DNA of 64,000 bases from assembly GCA_964035545.1 (NCBI GenBank), contig OZ037769.1, forward strand, positions 16,646,633 to 16,710,632. The letters run 5' to 3'. The position numbers were made by a program, and so were the translations under genes. Positions 12,301 through 24,403 of this stretch are shown piece by piece; position 1 is the stretch's first letter, and the number at the start of each line of letters is the position of its first letter. The notes below the pieces were generated by a model that was not told the DNA's origin, did no database searches, and saw only the letters and a list, made by a program, of their open reading frames with translations. The stretch is from Bugula neritina (lineage: Eukaryota; Animalia; Bryozoa).

Positions 12301-15300
12301 TGGAATACATGTGATGATGCAACTATAGCAACAGACATTCTTATAGTTTATTAACCTATATATGCTTAGTTTTAAGAAAGAACTGTAATATTAATTTGTT
12401 TCCATTAGTTTTCGAATTATTTATCTGTAGCACCTGGTAGTAATAAGTTATTGCAGTTTTTACTAACAAAGACTTTTTTAATTCCTAAGATTTACAATCT
12501 AGTAGACCTTCCTATGTGTCCAATGACTCACAATGAATACACAATATACAGATTTAGCAGCTCATTACTCTCATACCTTTCTTGCTTCTATCTCTAAAGA
12601 GTTTTTTACACGTTTTATAAATATAAAATGTTCTGGGAAAATCACGCTTACTATAATATAAGACGATTGAGTTTTTTCAACCTATTGCTTCCCTCTCCAC
12701 TTTATGCTAAATTCATGAAGCAAAGTTTTTTGTAAATACTGATTTCTGACTTTGATAATATTATTGGTCATTTGCTAATAAAGGTTTTAAACCTTTTCAG
12801 GTGTTTATCCTATATATGTATGCATTCATGTTCCTTTAGATAATCTGAAATGTTTTTTTTGTGTTTTACAATGCATAGATTGAAACTATTACCTCTGAAT
12901 TAATACTATTAATAAAAATGATATTGTATTGTGATAATTTATTCTCAGACCTCATTGCGGAGGGAATCCGTACCAGATACTTCCCCATTCAGCTGTTAAC
13001 ATGTCCAACTACTACCAGTTCACGAAGCCAGGATACAAGTTCTACGAGTGTACTTGTCCCCCGGGTGTCTCAGGAGATCAGTGTGAGCAGTGCATCAACT
13101 CCCCGGGGGTCTTCCGGTACACCAAGAGACTCGGCGTCTGTGCAGACTGCGCCTGCAGTGACCTTTCCATGAGTAAACAGTGTGATACATTCACTGGTCA
13201 ATGTCCATGTGAAGGATCTGTAGATGTTGAGCTCGCTGGCCGCCAATGTGTGAGATATTAGTAACAATTTAGCATTTCCTGTACTGGCTACCATGTAGTG
13301 CGTAGACAGTTTTGGTAACAAAGCGAACTAATTTAGCATTTATCATAAATTGTCATCATGTTTGTTAGTTTATATGCAGCTATTTTGTGTCCTATATAAA
13401 ATTATCACATAATAATGGAATGCTAATATCACCATAATTTTGGTAATTAAAGTTTTCGTGTTGCAAGGAATTTCGAAAAGAAAACAGAAAAAAAGCTTAA
13501 ACGTTTATTCTAGATTCTTTATTCCAGAATGTTTTTTTATTTAGCATTGGTACATTGACGACATTGATCCACAGTACGGGCCAAAAGCTGGAGGTACCGC
13601 AATCACATTCAGTGGTGGATACTTTGGCAAAGGGGATCTTGTGGTTGAGATCAACGGTGTGATACAAAGATTGAGTGTCAAGTTCGTTACAGATACATCC
13701 TACTCTCATTTCGTGAACTTGTATGACTGATAGAGCAGTGCACTACTACCCACACTAGATAATATCGTAAGATATTGAATGTACTTATTATATTTTCACA
13801 GTGGTAGTGAACGAACTTTAAACTCTACGCCATACCTTGGAGTTGCCTTACCAAATGAGACCTCCACTGTTGGATTCACTGCCATACTCACAAACTCTAC
13901 TGTAGATCTTGGTCCAGAGACTCTGTACTATTTTTTTGAGTACAGACCTAACCCTATCATAGAGGACATCTACCCTCGTGCCACCATCCTCAGGTAGGAT
14001 CCAGTTTCTACTACATATACCCACAATATATACAGAGTATTATATATAATTTTACTATAATTACATTGAGTATTGATTTACAATACTATTACATAACAGT
14101 AATATCTAGTATAGGCGTAGCTTGTTATACATCTTAGAGTAAACTTAGTATAATGCTGCTAGTGTTTCATACAAGTTTGGAATTGTCAACAAATTTCTTT
14201 GGCAAATTTTTTTAGTGATTTAAACAAGTATTTCAGCACAAAAGATTGAACAGCTTTTTACATCTGAACAAATGATATATGTGTATGTATTTTAGTACTT
14301 TTCTATGTCATCCAAGACTATATATATTAGTTATGTATTGTCATATAGGATATTAATTAAGTATGGCCATTGTATTACATTGCTAGTACATTTTATAATA
14401 TATTATTTTATAGCTCCTTAGTTCTATTGCAAACAAAGAGGGATGACTATAGTATATATTCTCTAATAATCATTACCTTTTATTTTTTATTATTCCCAAA
14501 TGCATAAATATATGTAGTTTTAGTAAAATTGTATGGATATTCACATATATATGCAGTTTTAGCTTTACAGATGATTCATTTTTACAATTGTATTTTGCTG
14601 TTCTCTTGACAGTGGAGGTACAAATCTTACGGTAGTTGGAGAACATTTAGATTCTATTGCCTACCCTGAGATGATTGTTTATTTGACTCAAAGAGCTGTT
14701 CCTATTGGCCAGTTGTCTACGGTAAGTAGAGCTATAAACTGTAAACTTGTACTGTCATATAAATAGTAAAAGGTTATGTAATACTGACTACTAATAAAAT
14801 CTAGTTATCTGGTCTATAACTGTTGTGTTGTTTGACTCGCTATTATTCACCGCGAGACTCGTTGAGCTCGGGGATTTTCCTACTAGCTAGAATTGAAATA
14901 AATCACGATAATTATCAGCTTAGACTCAATCCAACGTTGTTGTACTCTTACGCACCAATCACACAATAACTGGAGAGGTCTCAGTTTATTTTCTTTCAAC
15001 CTCATCTCTCCATTGCGAGATTCTTGAGTGTAAAGTAGATCTACCCAATCAAAGCAGCGTGTTGTCAAATACTTTAGTTTGGTTGGCTACATGTTTTAAT
15101 AGTTTTAAAGGCAAAAATTATTATCTTTGGAATACTCTTTTACCTGTAAACATATTACATGATTGACTTGTAGCGCTGTGATGTCATAGAAAGTGATGAG
15201 ATGGTGTGTAGAGTAGCAGATCTGTCTATATCAATACCGTATCTGAATGGTGTGAAACAAGGTAACACCTACATTCTTATACTATATGTATCAATATAAG

Positions 15301-18300
15301 TGTACACAGTTACTTGCTATTCTATACACTAGAGATATCATTGTGGGACACTAGACAAGCATCGTGAATATCATTATCATTTTGAATATAAGCTAAGTTT
15401 TAGTGATGTCCAGTCTATAAAATAGAATATACTTTCTTCTAGCACTTCCTGGGAATGTGTCACTTCCTGTGAACAACGTGTCACTTCCTATGAACAACGT
15501 GTCACTTCCTATGAACAACGTGTCACTTCCTATGAACAACGTGTCACTTCCTGGGAACAACGCGTCACTTCCTGTCAGCTCGTCATCAACTACTTCCTCT
15601 ACACCAGGTGAGTCGATACCCTGAGTTAATATTGGTTAGGTGTTTTGCTAATTTAGTCTACGTATCCTAACTCTAGTAAGGGAAGCAGACAGTATGTTTC
15701 TATAAACAACTCACTACTATACATTATATCATAGTTTATAATCTTTTAAGAAACACTGTATCTGTTTAGAATTAATAGCCAGGTGGAATGTAATATTTCA
15801 TGCTGAGTGAAACGATATTAAACAGTTTTCCAATTTGGTATACTTATTCATGAATATAAAATGTGTAAATTATCTGTTACTAACTTATAATCTTATATGT
15901 AGGGGGAGTTGGTAGGAGAAAGAGACAGGTGACTACACCTGCTAATTCGGGTAATGTTGGTAAGGCTAACAAATCTGTTCTATTTTATTCAACGTTGACT
16001 AATAAAATATATATGTTTACCAAACATTTTTATAATAATGTTATTAAATTCACAAGAGATAATTTGAAATTGAAATTATGTGAAGGCACAGGTAACACAA
16101 TTGGATTAACGGTTTGATAGCAAAAGCTCCTTTAGGACTGTGGGTAATATTCTAGTACAATCATATTCATTGTGAAAAAAGACTTAGTGTAGACCATTAG
16201 CAATTTCTTTAGTTAATGTATATTTATATTTATATTATTATATTTTCTCAAAATAGAGACATTCTTTGTAATATTGCTATGTTCCTAGACATAAACACTC
16301 TATGAACTATTGTTATATTTTTGTAGAAATAGACACAGCCAATGCTCTCAACCAACTGTCAAATGTGCAGTTCACTTTGGGTTTTGTATTTGATGGTTAT
16401 GCAGAGTACACAGACTTGAGACAGAGTACAGATAAATACCTCAGAGACTTGGCTACTCTTTACGTCTACCAAGATCCTGTAATAGAAGAATTCAAGGAGA
16501 GTAGCGGGAATGAGGTTTTGGTGAGTGTTGTTTATAGCTGAGAGTGGTAAATTCCTGTACTAACTCTGTATTGTTGATTGAATCAATTGCCTCAAGCGTC
16601 TCACTAATTGTGTGTTAAAGCTTTGATCATCCAAAAAGTGCATCAAGTAATGCAGCCTTCACAATCTGCTGCAATGAAACTTTAAAAGCCTGTGTTTCTA
16701 AATAATATTAATATTCAAGATTAACTTATGCTCTCTCAAGATATTTAAGTCGAGTCCCAAAAATCCCATTTATACACTCAACGAGTTTGAAATATTGGAA
16801 GTTGTCCTTTCTTGTGTAGTAACATTGTGGGTTGAATGAAACTAAGTACTGAAAATATCTCTTTGTAAGAGAGAACAAGATGGAGGGTACTCATTAGTAA
16901 TAGCAATCTTTATTGAAGATTGATATAGTGATCTTCAACAGGCGAGCTCCAGTGGTAGACTGAATCTGTACTGGAACTCGCCTGCTTTTATACATACAAG
17001 ACAAAGACACGTGCACACAAAAGAATCCTTTGTTGTCCAAAAATTGAGAGCCCGAAATGCCGATCCTCGGGATTTCAGAATTTCGGGACCCCGAAATACC
17101 GAACTTCGGTATTTCGGCCTTTTGGGACTCTGACTTTCGGGAAACATAATTTCAGTATCAAAATTATTACACAACGATTAAAAGTAATAAAAGAAGAGAT
17201 AACCTTATATCATAAATCTCTACTACAATTGTACCTATAACCGAACATTATAAGAGTCTAAACTCTAAAGTTAATAAAGTTGTGAGATGAGTCGTTTATA
17301 GTATTTTGTTTGTAACTTTAAGGTTGGTGTATAAGAAAGGGTTCCCGTAATTAATTGATGCTTCTGAAGTTATAGCTAAGTTGGTGTAGTTCACTTTTAA
17401 TTTGTTTTACTGCTATGAAAAATGTTTGTAAATTTGTAGGACTATGATGCTGGTAATTTGATACATATAGATGGAGATAAATTAGACTACGCTACTACTG
17501 TATCAGACTACATTGTCATCATAGGAGTAGATGGAGTGTGTGAAGTCACTAGTTTGCTGCTAAACCGTCTGAGTTGTAGACCTCCCAGCACCAGCCCTGA
17601 TCATGACCCTAACAACTCTATAACTTACAAGAACCGTGATATCCCCCATATTGAGGTTAGTAGCCAATCATATTCACTCAAGACTAATTTCTAGAAACTC
17701 ATAATCTGCTGTTAAAACTTGATCATAATCTGGTTTTCTATCTATTTTAACTTTGCTTTACTCCTTTTATTTTGAAGTTTAGCTTACACTAGCTATTTAA
17801 ACCTAATCGTAGTTACAATCAAATGGGATCCAAGTTACACTGACTCTTAACCTAATAATCAAAATAATAAAAGCGCACATAATTATATTGAACTTTACTA
17901 AATATACAAAGTTTAGCCATCAAGGGTATTTAGTCTTTGTTAGCAATAATGTAGCTTTTTATCTTTATTTCCTTCAAATGGGTTTGAAAACCTATTTCAT
18001 GCAACTATTTGATCTGGATATCTGGAAATGCAGAGTTGTGTATGTTTACCAGGTAAAGGTTGGTAACAAGAGAGTCAATGTTGGGTATGTCTTCTATAAG
18101 ACTAACATCTGGCAGACTAACCCTGCCTTTAGGATCTCCATGATTGTGCTGATGGGCGTAGTGGGTGTGGCTCTCATAGCAGTACTAATCTACTGTCTGG
18201 TTAAGAAGTTCTACCTAAAAGAGAGGTTGGGGAAAACCTTAGAAGTTGACGCTGAAAACAGCGGAGGCCATGCTAGATATATAAAACAAGGTGAGTAGAG

Positions 18301-21300
18301 GACTTTTGTGTGAAAGTGTAGCTCACAATATTGAAGGGTAATTTCTACAGAGTGAATTGGTAAATTACTAACTAATTAAATGTTAAGTAAACTGTATTAA
18401 ACAGTAGTCTGCTTTAATTGACCAATGGATGGGTTGTTTTGATTTTTCCAGACAGTTCAAGCGAAATGGAGACTCTTGTTCCTCTTTTCAACAACCAAGA
18501 ACTTGACGTCGAGATACAAGCCAAAGTAAATCGCTGTAAAATACCATCTTCAAGGCTACGTATAGGAAATCAGCTCGGGAAAGGTCAATTTGGACTTGTC
18601 TATAAAAGTCAATTAACTACACCAGCTGGAAATTTAAGAACTGTAGCTGTTAAAAGTATTAAAGGTTAGTATTTAAGGGTTGAACAACACAAACTATTTA
18701 TTACCGATTTGGTTGTATCATTAACAACTAGTTTTTAGTAAACTTTGTGATAGTCTAATGAATATTATTCTCCCGTAAAAGTAACTATAATAAATAATTA
18801 TTTTGTATAAGTTTTAAATTCAAATTTTGTAAACTATACTGCATAATTCTGTTCTGATGTACTGTGCTGTAACAATTTTAACCCAGATAGTGAATGTTAG
18901 TGAAGGGTGCATGTATCATATTCAATCTGTTTCTGTTCACCAGAGGATAAGGAAATGACGTTTGAAGATTTGGAGAATTTCCTCTCGGAAGGCGTGTTGA
19001 TGATTGACTTTAAACACGAGAATGTCCTTTCATTGGTCGGTGTAGTGTGCGAGCCAGGTGAACGACCTTTGGTTGTCCTTCCTTATATGGAGAACGGTGA
19101 CCTTTGTTCTTTTGTGAAGAAAGATGATTTGGTGAGAAAACTGTGTTCTGACCTTTGTGAAGGTCATCTGATGTTTCGCACATCAGTAGTTATAGAAACC
19201 GGTAGATTTACTTAACTTTCTCAGCCTAAATACTGAATTTACTGATACAAAAAAGCAGAACTGTTTCATGGAAAACTGTTTTATGAATATGGAAACATAA
19301 TTATTAATTTTTAGAAACACAGTTTAGCTTGTTTTGTTTTGCTATTTCAATAAACTAAGTAAATATTTAGCTGGTTAATTTAATGATTCCAAAGGGCTGG
19401 TAGATACCAGAAACAGCGTTGAAATGTCTTGCAGCGGTGCGTCTGATATAAACTAAGGGTTGTTCAACATTGCCTGTGCCACCCCATGCTCTAGGCTAGC
19501 ACCATCTTTATTTCAAGCTTGAATGGTCTTGCAATACATCATATACTTTATATGTGCAAAGTTTAGAGTTGTTTTTCCCTATGTTGGAAAATAATGATGA
19601 TAATACAATCAATGACTTTTAATAGAATCAATGAAGCTAGACATGCTTTATCCTGCAGTGAAAGTCTAGGCAACCTAGCTAAGGTCATCAACATATAATT
19701 GACAATAATAATATAATGAATGTATTGTATATAGGTGGTTTCATTTTAGGAAATAGTCATGGCTGACTTGCTTCACTTTGCCTATCAGGTAGCTAATGGA
19801 ATGGCTTATTTAGCCAAGGAGAGATTTGTTCATCGAGATTTGGCAGCCAGAAACTGCATGTGAGTTGTTTCCCCTGTTCTTTTTATTCACTGCTTTTCTT
19901 ATTAAATGATTTATGACTGGATACTGATATTAACTCTTTTGGACCATCAGTTCCTTCACACTTGAGCGATTATTCACCCTTCTATATTAATTTCTCATTT
20001 CGATCAAAACAATACCAATGTATTTCAGCTCAATTGTTCTCAAAAGGAAAGACAAATTTAATTGTCAAAACTATCAACTTTGATAAATTATTAAGCTTTA
20101 TTTACCACATAAGCTATTTTCAAAGACTATTGTTAATAATAATACGTCCTGGTCTCTGTTGATTGGTTGTGTAGGGTTGATGGATCTTACTTTGTGAAGA
20201 TAGCAGACTTTGGTATGTCCCGTGATGTCTACTCACAAGATTACTACAGAATGGGAGACATGAACAAACCTCTGCCAATGAAATGGATGGCAGTGGAGTC
20301 ACTGAAGGAAGGGAAATACACATCAAAGTCTGACGTGGTACGGGTACATTTTATCTTTACTCAGTAAGCAGTTTTAGCTAAACTTTGTCATTCACTGAAA
20401 AGTTGTGCTGTTCTTTGAATTATTTTGTTCTACTTCCATTTCATTTATAATCTTTAATTACTGATATTTTTATATTATATTATGTAATTTACGATGTATT
20501 CTGATTTAGTGGTCTTTTGGAGTAACTGTGTGGGAGTTACTCACCCGTGGTAGCACACCATACCCAGGAGTAAGCAACTACCATATTAAAGAATATGTCT
20601 CCACTGGTAAACGATTGGACAAGCCTGAAATATGTCCTCCAATCATGTGAGTTTACAGAGTTTAGTGCATGCATTTATTCATGCTAATACTTGAAATGCG
20701 TTTTTATTTTTCTTCATAACTGACTTGGTGTCAAATTAATGTTTTAATGTTGCCTATTACTTGACTGTGTTTTAGTGAATGACTGTTATTGAGTGATTGA
20801 CTGTAGCATAGTGACCATGACTCAGTGATTGACTGACTCAGTGAGCGACTCACTTAGTGAGCCACTGACTCAGTGATTGACTATGACTCAGTGATTGACT
20901 GACTCAGTGAGTGACTCACTCAGTGAGCCACTGACTCAGTTGTTGACTATAACTCAGTGATTGACAGACTCAGTATACGATTAGCCATTTCCTGTTGCCT
21001 CTGAGTGTAATGACATGACATCATCTACTCTAGATATGAAATGATGTGCCGATGTTGGGAGACAGATCCTGAAGATAGACTTGCTTTCTCTGAGATTTCC
21101 AAGTTTGTTGGTCAACTACTGAATGGTACGACAACTCCCAGTGCTGGCTCAGACAATGATGCTGGTTATTCATACTCACGCTCAACTACAAAGGACATCC
21201 CAGATGACTACCTGGCGTTGGAAGAATACGCGGATAACTTGGAGCGTGATGACTATTACATAACACCACTCCCCTCTGCCACAGCACTTACAGTGGTGGA

Positions 21301-21397
21301 TGGTACCCCTAAACCCTCCCCTAGGGTCCCCCCTCGCACAACACGCTGTCAGGAAGCTGAAAGAGTGTACGTCAACACAGGAAACAAGTCGACATAG
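1362..21397 (+). CDS. RTK copy 1: MET/RON-family receptor tyrosine kinase with usherin-like (LamG/LN/LE) + IPT ectodomain, apparently intact (~1,506 aa)
   Basis: Exons with GT-AG boundaries and consistent phases: 1346(ATG 1362)-1960, 2206-2392, 2487-2656, 3059-3341, 11271-11563, 12056-12229, 12949-13249, 13545-13681, 13802-13993, 14613-14721, 15174-15261, 15443-15607, 16327-16520, 17440-17655, 18053-18290, 18452-18664, 18944-19131, 19750-19859, 20175-20337, 20510-20646, 21034-21397. The sum from the ATG is 4521 nt (multiple of 3). Signal peptide [43 protein letters not shown]. Kinase motifs [71 protein letters not shown]. Confidence 0.9.
4936..5690 (+). mobile_element. 755-bp non-autonomous CAC-terminal (EnSpm/CACTA-like) DNA transposon, copy 1, inserted in Gypsy A RT
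   Basis: TIR CACAGGATAGTTAAGGGCA / TGCCCTTAACTATCCTGTG, 2-bp TSD TG; splits the RT codons LH|WKT. Confidence 0.9.
8970..9605 (+). CDS. Gypsy A accessory ORF: C2H2 zinc finger + CxC..H..C motif + coiled-coil
   Basis: [29 protein letters not shown], heptad-like C-terminus. Homologous to ORF 51935-53008 in element B. Confidence 0.65.
   Translation: MSPETEKKIEAAWGPKGRTQCQICYEESLSHRFLRLHVNAHFLLTFCPCGHNDVYPYPVTRHRAAGCFPGENYVVDADFYPEFLTLIRPLVKKAMLLAVLTSSFQHVLDYARQQSPLVSDRPQIVYTPKSSLTLKKKKKKSHPPHRKRTPSPDPACLATVEERFLRLQAEFTQLAPNLLSTTTGLYQLKGSLGRIKRKLRARQAKHRLSKH
10579..10992 (+). mobile_element. 3' LTR (with PPT) of a second, older Gypsy element into which A inserted
   Basis: PPT GATAGGAGGGGAGAA then TGTAAGGG...TACTACA; homologous to the solo LTR at 28976-29379. 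Confidence 0.7.
11271..13249 (+). CDS. Copy 1 exons 5-7: laminin-N-like domain end and laminin-type EGF repeats
   Basis: [20 protein letters not shown]...[15 protein letters not shown], then [15 protein letters not shown] and [21 protein letters not shown]...GRQC (LE cysteine spacing). Confidence 0.8.
13545..18290 (+). CDS. Copy 1 exons 8-15: about 3 IPT/TIG domains and transmembrane helix
   Basis: [54 protein letters not shown]...[16 protein letters not shown]...VKVGN...VGYVFY are typical MET/plexin IPT motifs, followed by a hydrophobic TM and KK stop-transfer. Confidence 0.85.
15451..15573 (+). repeat. Coding 21-bp minisatellite (xNNVSLP)n in exon 12
   Basis: atgaacaacgtgtcacttcct, about 6 units in copy 1 and about 2 units in copy 2 (33901-33943). 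Confidence 0.9.
15903..15959 (+). CDS. Candidate symmetric phase-1 microexon ([16 protein letters not shown][GNV]) encoding a furin site
   Basis: TACTAAC branch point at 15878-15884 and AG at 15901-15902. In-frame donors at 15951 (48 nt) or 15960 (57 nt, GTAAGG). Phase matches the flanking exons. Confidence 0.6.
16815..17227 (-). mobile_element. Solo LTR related to element C LTR
   Basis: TGTAGTAA...TACTACA; shares gcgagctccagt..ctgaa..ctggaactcgcctgcttttatac with 55105-55669. Confidence 0.75.
18452..21397 (+). CDS. Copy 1 exons 16-21: MET-like tyrosine kinase domain and C-tail with YVNT motif
   Basis: All catalytic motifs present. [13 protein letters not shown] and the activation-loop YY are characteristic of the MET/RON family. 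Confidence 0.92.
20818..20975 (+). repeat. ~66-bp intronic tandem repeat rich in TGACTCA
   Basis: Unit tgactcagtgattgactgactcagtgagcgactcac... repeated about 2.4 times; degenerate homolog at ~38690-38940. Confidence 0.75.
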
Positions 21398-22325
21398 AAT
21401 TACATTGATTCTCACAGTTAAAAGAATATTTCTAAGAATTCTGTTTTCTCTCGCCATGTTCTATTCATAATAACTGTTATCTTACACTCATTTTTTACGT
21501 TTAATTATCGTTTAGGATGTCTAATTAAAATGCAATCAACGGGATATATGCCATATGTACTGTCATTATATATGTATAAATAATATTGAACCTAGCAATT
21601 TAAAACACCTCAATAATATTATGTTGAATTAGTGAAAAAAATTTGCTCTTAGTTTTATCAATCACTTATAAGTAGTATAACTGGTTGACTCGAAGTAGGT
21701 CTTGCTTTTATATACATTTGTTAAAATAACATATTTTTGTAAAAAAAATGTTCAATCTTTAATAGATACTTGCAGATATATGTTATAGCTTCTAGTTTCA
21801 GTCTTTTTCTTCATTTTCAGTTTTTCATTGAGACCAAGATGCCAGCTAATTACAATATAAGTTAACAATTGAGTTGATAGAAACACAGTTACAATAACTC
21901 TCATTGCTCAAGTAAACACATTCACAACTCAATAAACTCATATTCCTTTAAAAATCCTGTTCTCCTAATTCCGTTTAAAGTCTAAAATATATAACATTTA
22001 ATATCACAATTCTCACATTCTGCCACAGTCAAGATAATAGTATCACCTAGGAGCAGCTGATTATGCAGAGGCTGTGTTAGTGTGCACTCGAGTGTGAAGA
22101 GGAAGGTGAATGATGACGTACATTAGTTGGGACCACCCACATTGAACATAACAGTCAACAAACAGCTGTATAACAACACATGCATATATGGATTGTTACC
22201 ACACAATATACACTGCGTTTTCATTATCGCATTGTGCAATAGATTTTTAGCACTGCGGTTCCATTATATAATAATCCGTATGAGAATTCATTCGCATTAT
22301 GGCAGTCATGGAAACGATAGGCATA

Positions 22326-23675
22326 GGGGTAACGGGGGGGGGGGGGGGGGGGGGCACAACGGTCATAGGGGTACAAAAAGCCGGCCAAATTGTGAGAGAA
22401 CTTATTGACTTAGAGTTGTGATTTTTTTTTCTTAAAAAGATATTGACATAATTATTCAGCCTTTGTAGTTTCAACACTTGCGGAACATACGTGTTGAAAA
22501 GGCGAGTAAAAAACTGTTTTTACCTACTTTTTGTAAATTTTTTAGGATGTCGTTAAAGCTTTATAACTTTTTACACTCAAAGGCAAGAAGCCTATATTTT
22601 ACTAATATGGTTGCCATTGCTTGTCTCTACATTACTTAACTAGTATAACAGCAAACACTGAAATAAATTTTCCTTGAGGCACATTTATTTTCAATTTGGC
22701 CATCCGGGGCACAATGGGCCACACTGACCGGGGCACAATGGGCCACCTGATTATTGCACCCTGATCACTGTTATTAGTTTGTGTGCCCAAAAAGTTGGTT
22801 GAAATGTTATTAAAATCTATAGATATAGCCATTTCTGACCTTTTTGTAAAGTATCAAAGTCATCATGGTAAGACTACAAAACTACAAGTTGAAGCTCCCC
22901 TAATATATACATCTGGTGAGGTTAAAGCTTTGCCATTTTATACATAATACAAAACACTCTGCTGTTGCTACTAGTAGATAGTCATGATAATCATTATATA
23001 TTACACCATTGAGGGAATATACATGTATTTGACTGAAATAAATTGCAATTTGCTCATTTGCTCCCCCCTCTCCCTTCCGCACTCCAGTCACAAACCTCAG
23101 CCATGCATGCACCTTAGCTACAGTTCATAGAAAAAAGTCCACTCGGAATTTTGTAGTACATGTTACTATTGTTACTACATGTTTTTTTAATAAACGTTCC
23201 TCTGAAGTGAAAATAACAGAACATTTTTAGTTCTAAACAGTAATGATAATGGCACTGCATAACCGAGTGACGTGTGTTTGATTTTGCCTTCCTCTGCTAT
23301 CCGTCGTGGCACAAACTGTACAGCTAAAACATGAATTTTGCTGTAGATCTGAAAGAGTATCTTTATTTATTTGTAATATTAAATAAATAAAAATCAGATG
23401 TAACAAAATACGCAAAATTTCAATATATTTGTTGTGTCCTACCCAGTGGCCCATTGTACCCCGGTACCGGGGCACAATGGGCCAATTTTTTCGTCATGAA
23501 AATTTCATTATTCTAAAAGTTGTGAAAGAAATAGAAACAACAAACTGGTACCTGTAATAGACAACAGATGGAGCATTAAGACTAGAGATTATTGAACTAG
23601 TAACTTGAAAAACAGATGAATGAGAGCAACAAATGCAAAATTCGGCCCGTTGTGCCCCCCCCCCCTCGTTACCCC
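22326..23675. mobile_element. Non-autonomous TIR element with TA TSD (Tc1/mariner-pogo-like MITE)
   Basis: TA|GGGGTAACG(G)nCACAACGG ... CCGTTGTG(C)nTCGTTACCCC|TA; internal copies of ggggcacaatgggcc at ~22706, 22730 and 23469. Confidence 0.8.
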
Positions 23676-24403
23676 TACAATATAGGACTGTAGTTTAAAT
23701 TCCTTCAACAAGTGATAGGAAAAATACCTCTGAAAACATGCCTAGAATGTAAATAAAAAACCTAATGTAAAGGTTAAAGTCACTGGCTCCATTCTTGTGC
23801 ACAGTAACATTTTTTTATTGAGTGTTCATTACTTACAATACTATATATGCAATAAACATGGTAATGGCATGGTAATTGCTGTTTATGCATTTAATTATGA
23901 TCTACTGTATCATGCCCATGCCCTATAGAAGCTGTAGAGTCCAACAATAGTATATATATATATATATATAGCCATATTATATAGCCATTAAATATCATAG
24001 CTATAACCAGTCTAGAATGTAGAAAACCACAAAAGTGCTGATCACTTAGGTAGTACTTGACTAGCAGTTAGGAAACATCTACATATACTCCATAACACAA
24101 CAGCTACGGAATCCCTCACTCAGCTTTGCAAACACTTACTATAAGTTTTGGCATGCATACTTTTAAACTAGCTGTCACATCAAAAATTATTTATTTGAGT
24201 CAATGAAGCAGAAAGTTGAAAAGGGCGTGGTATCCAGTAATTTTCATTCTACAGTGGATTAGTCATGCACGCAGACGTACATACTGGTGATTTATATTAC
24301 TAGCAGTGAAAGCTTATACCTTGAATTATACAATTATACTTGTTAATCTGCACTGAGTAAATATTATGTAAGTATATTTAAATTTTTACCTGCTTGCCCA
24401 ATT

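Noticed and set aside
15451-15573. Regular short repeats resembling a CRISPR array
   Set aside because: No unique spacers; it is an in-frame coding minisatellite in a eukaryotic exon.
1362-21397. Assigning the symbol MET or USH2A
   Set aside because: The kinase is MET-family but the ectodomain differs and the gene is multicopy; orthology cannot be established by eye.
22127-22477. Gly-rich and Pro-rich ORFs
   Set aside because: Artefacts of the poly-G tract in a MITE terminal repeat.
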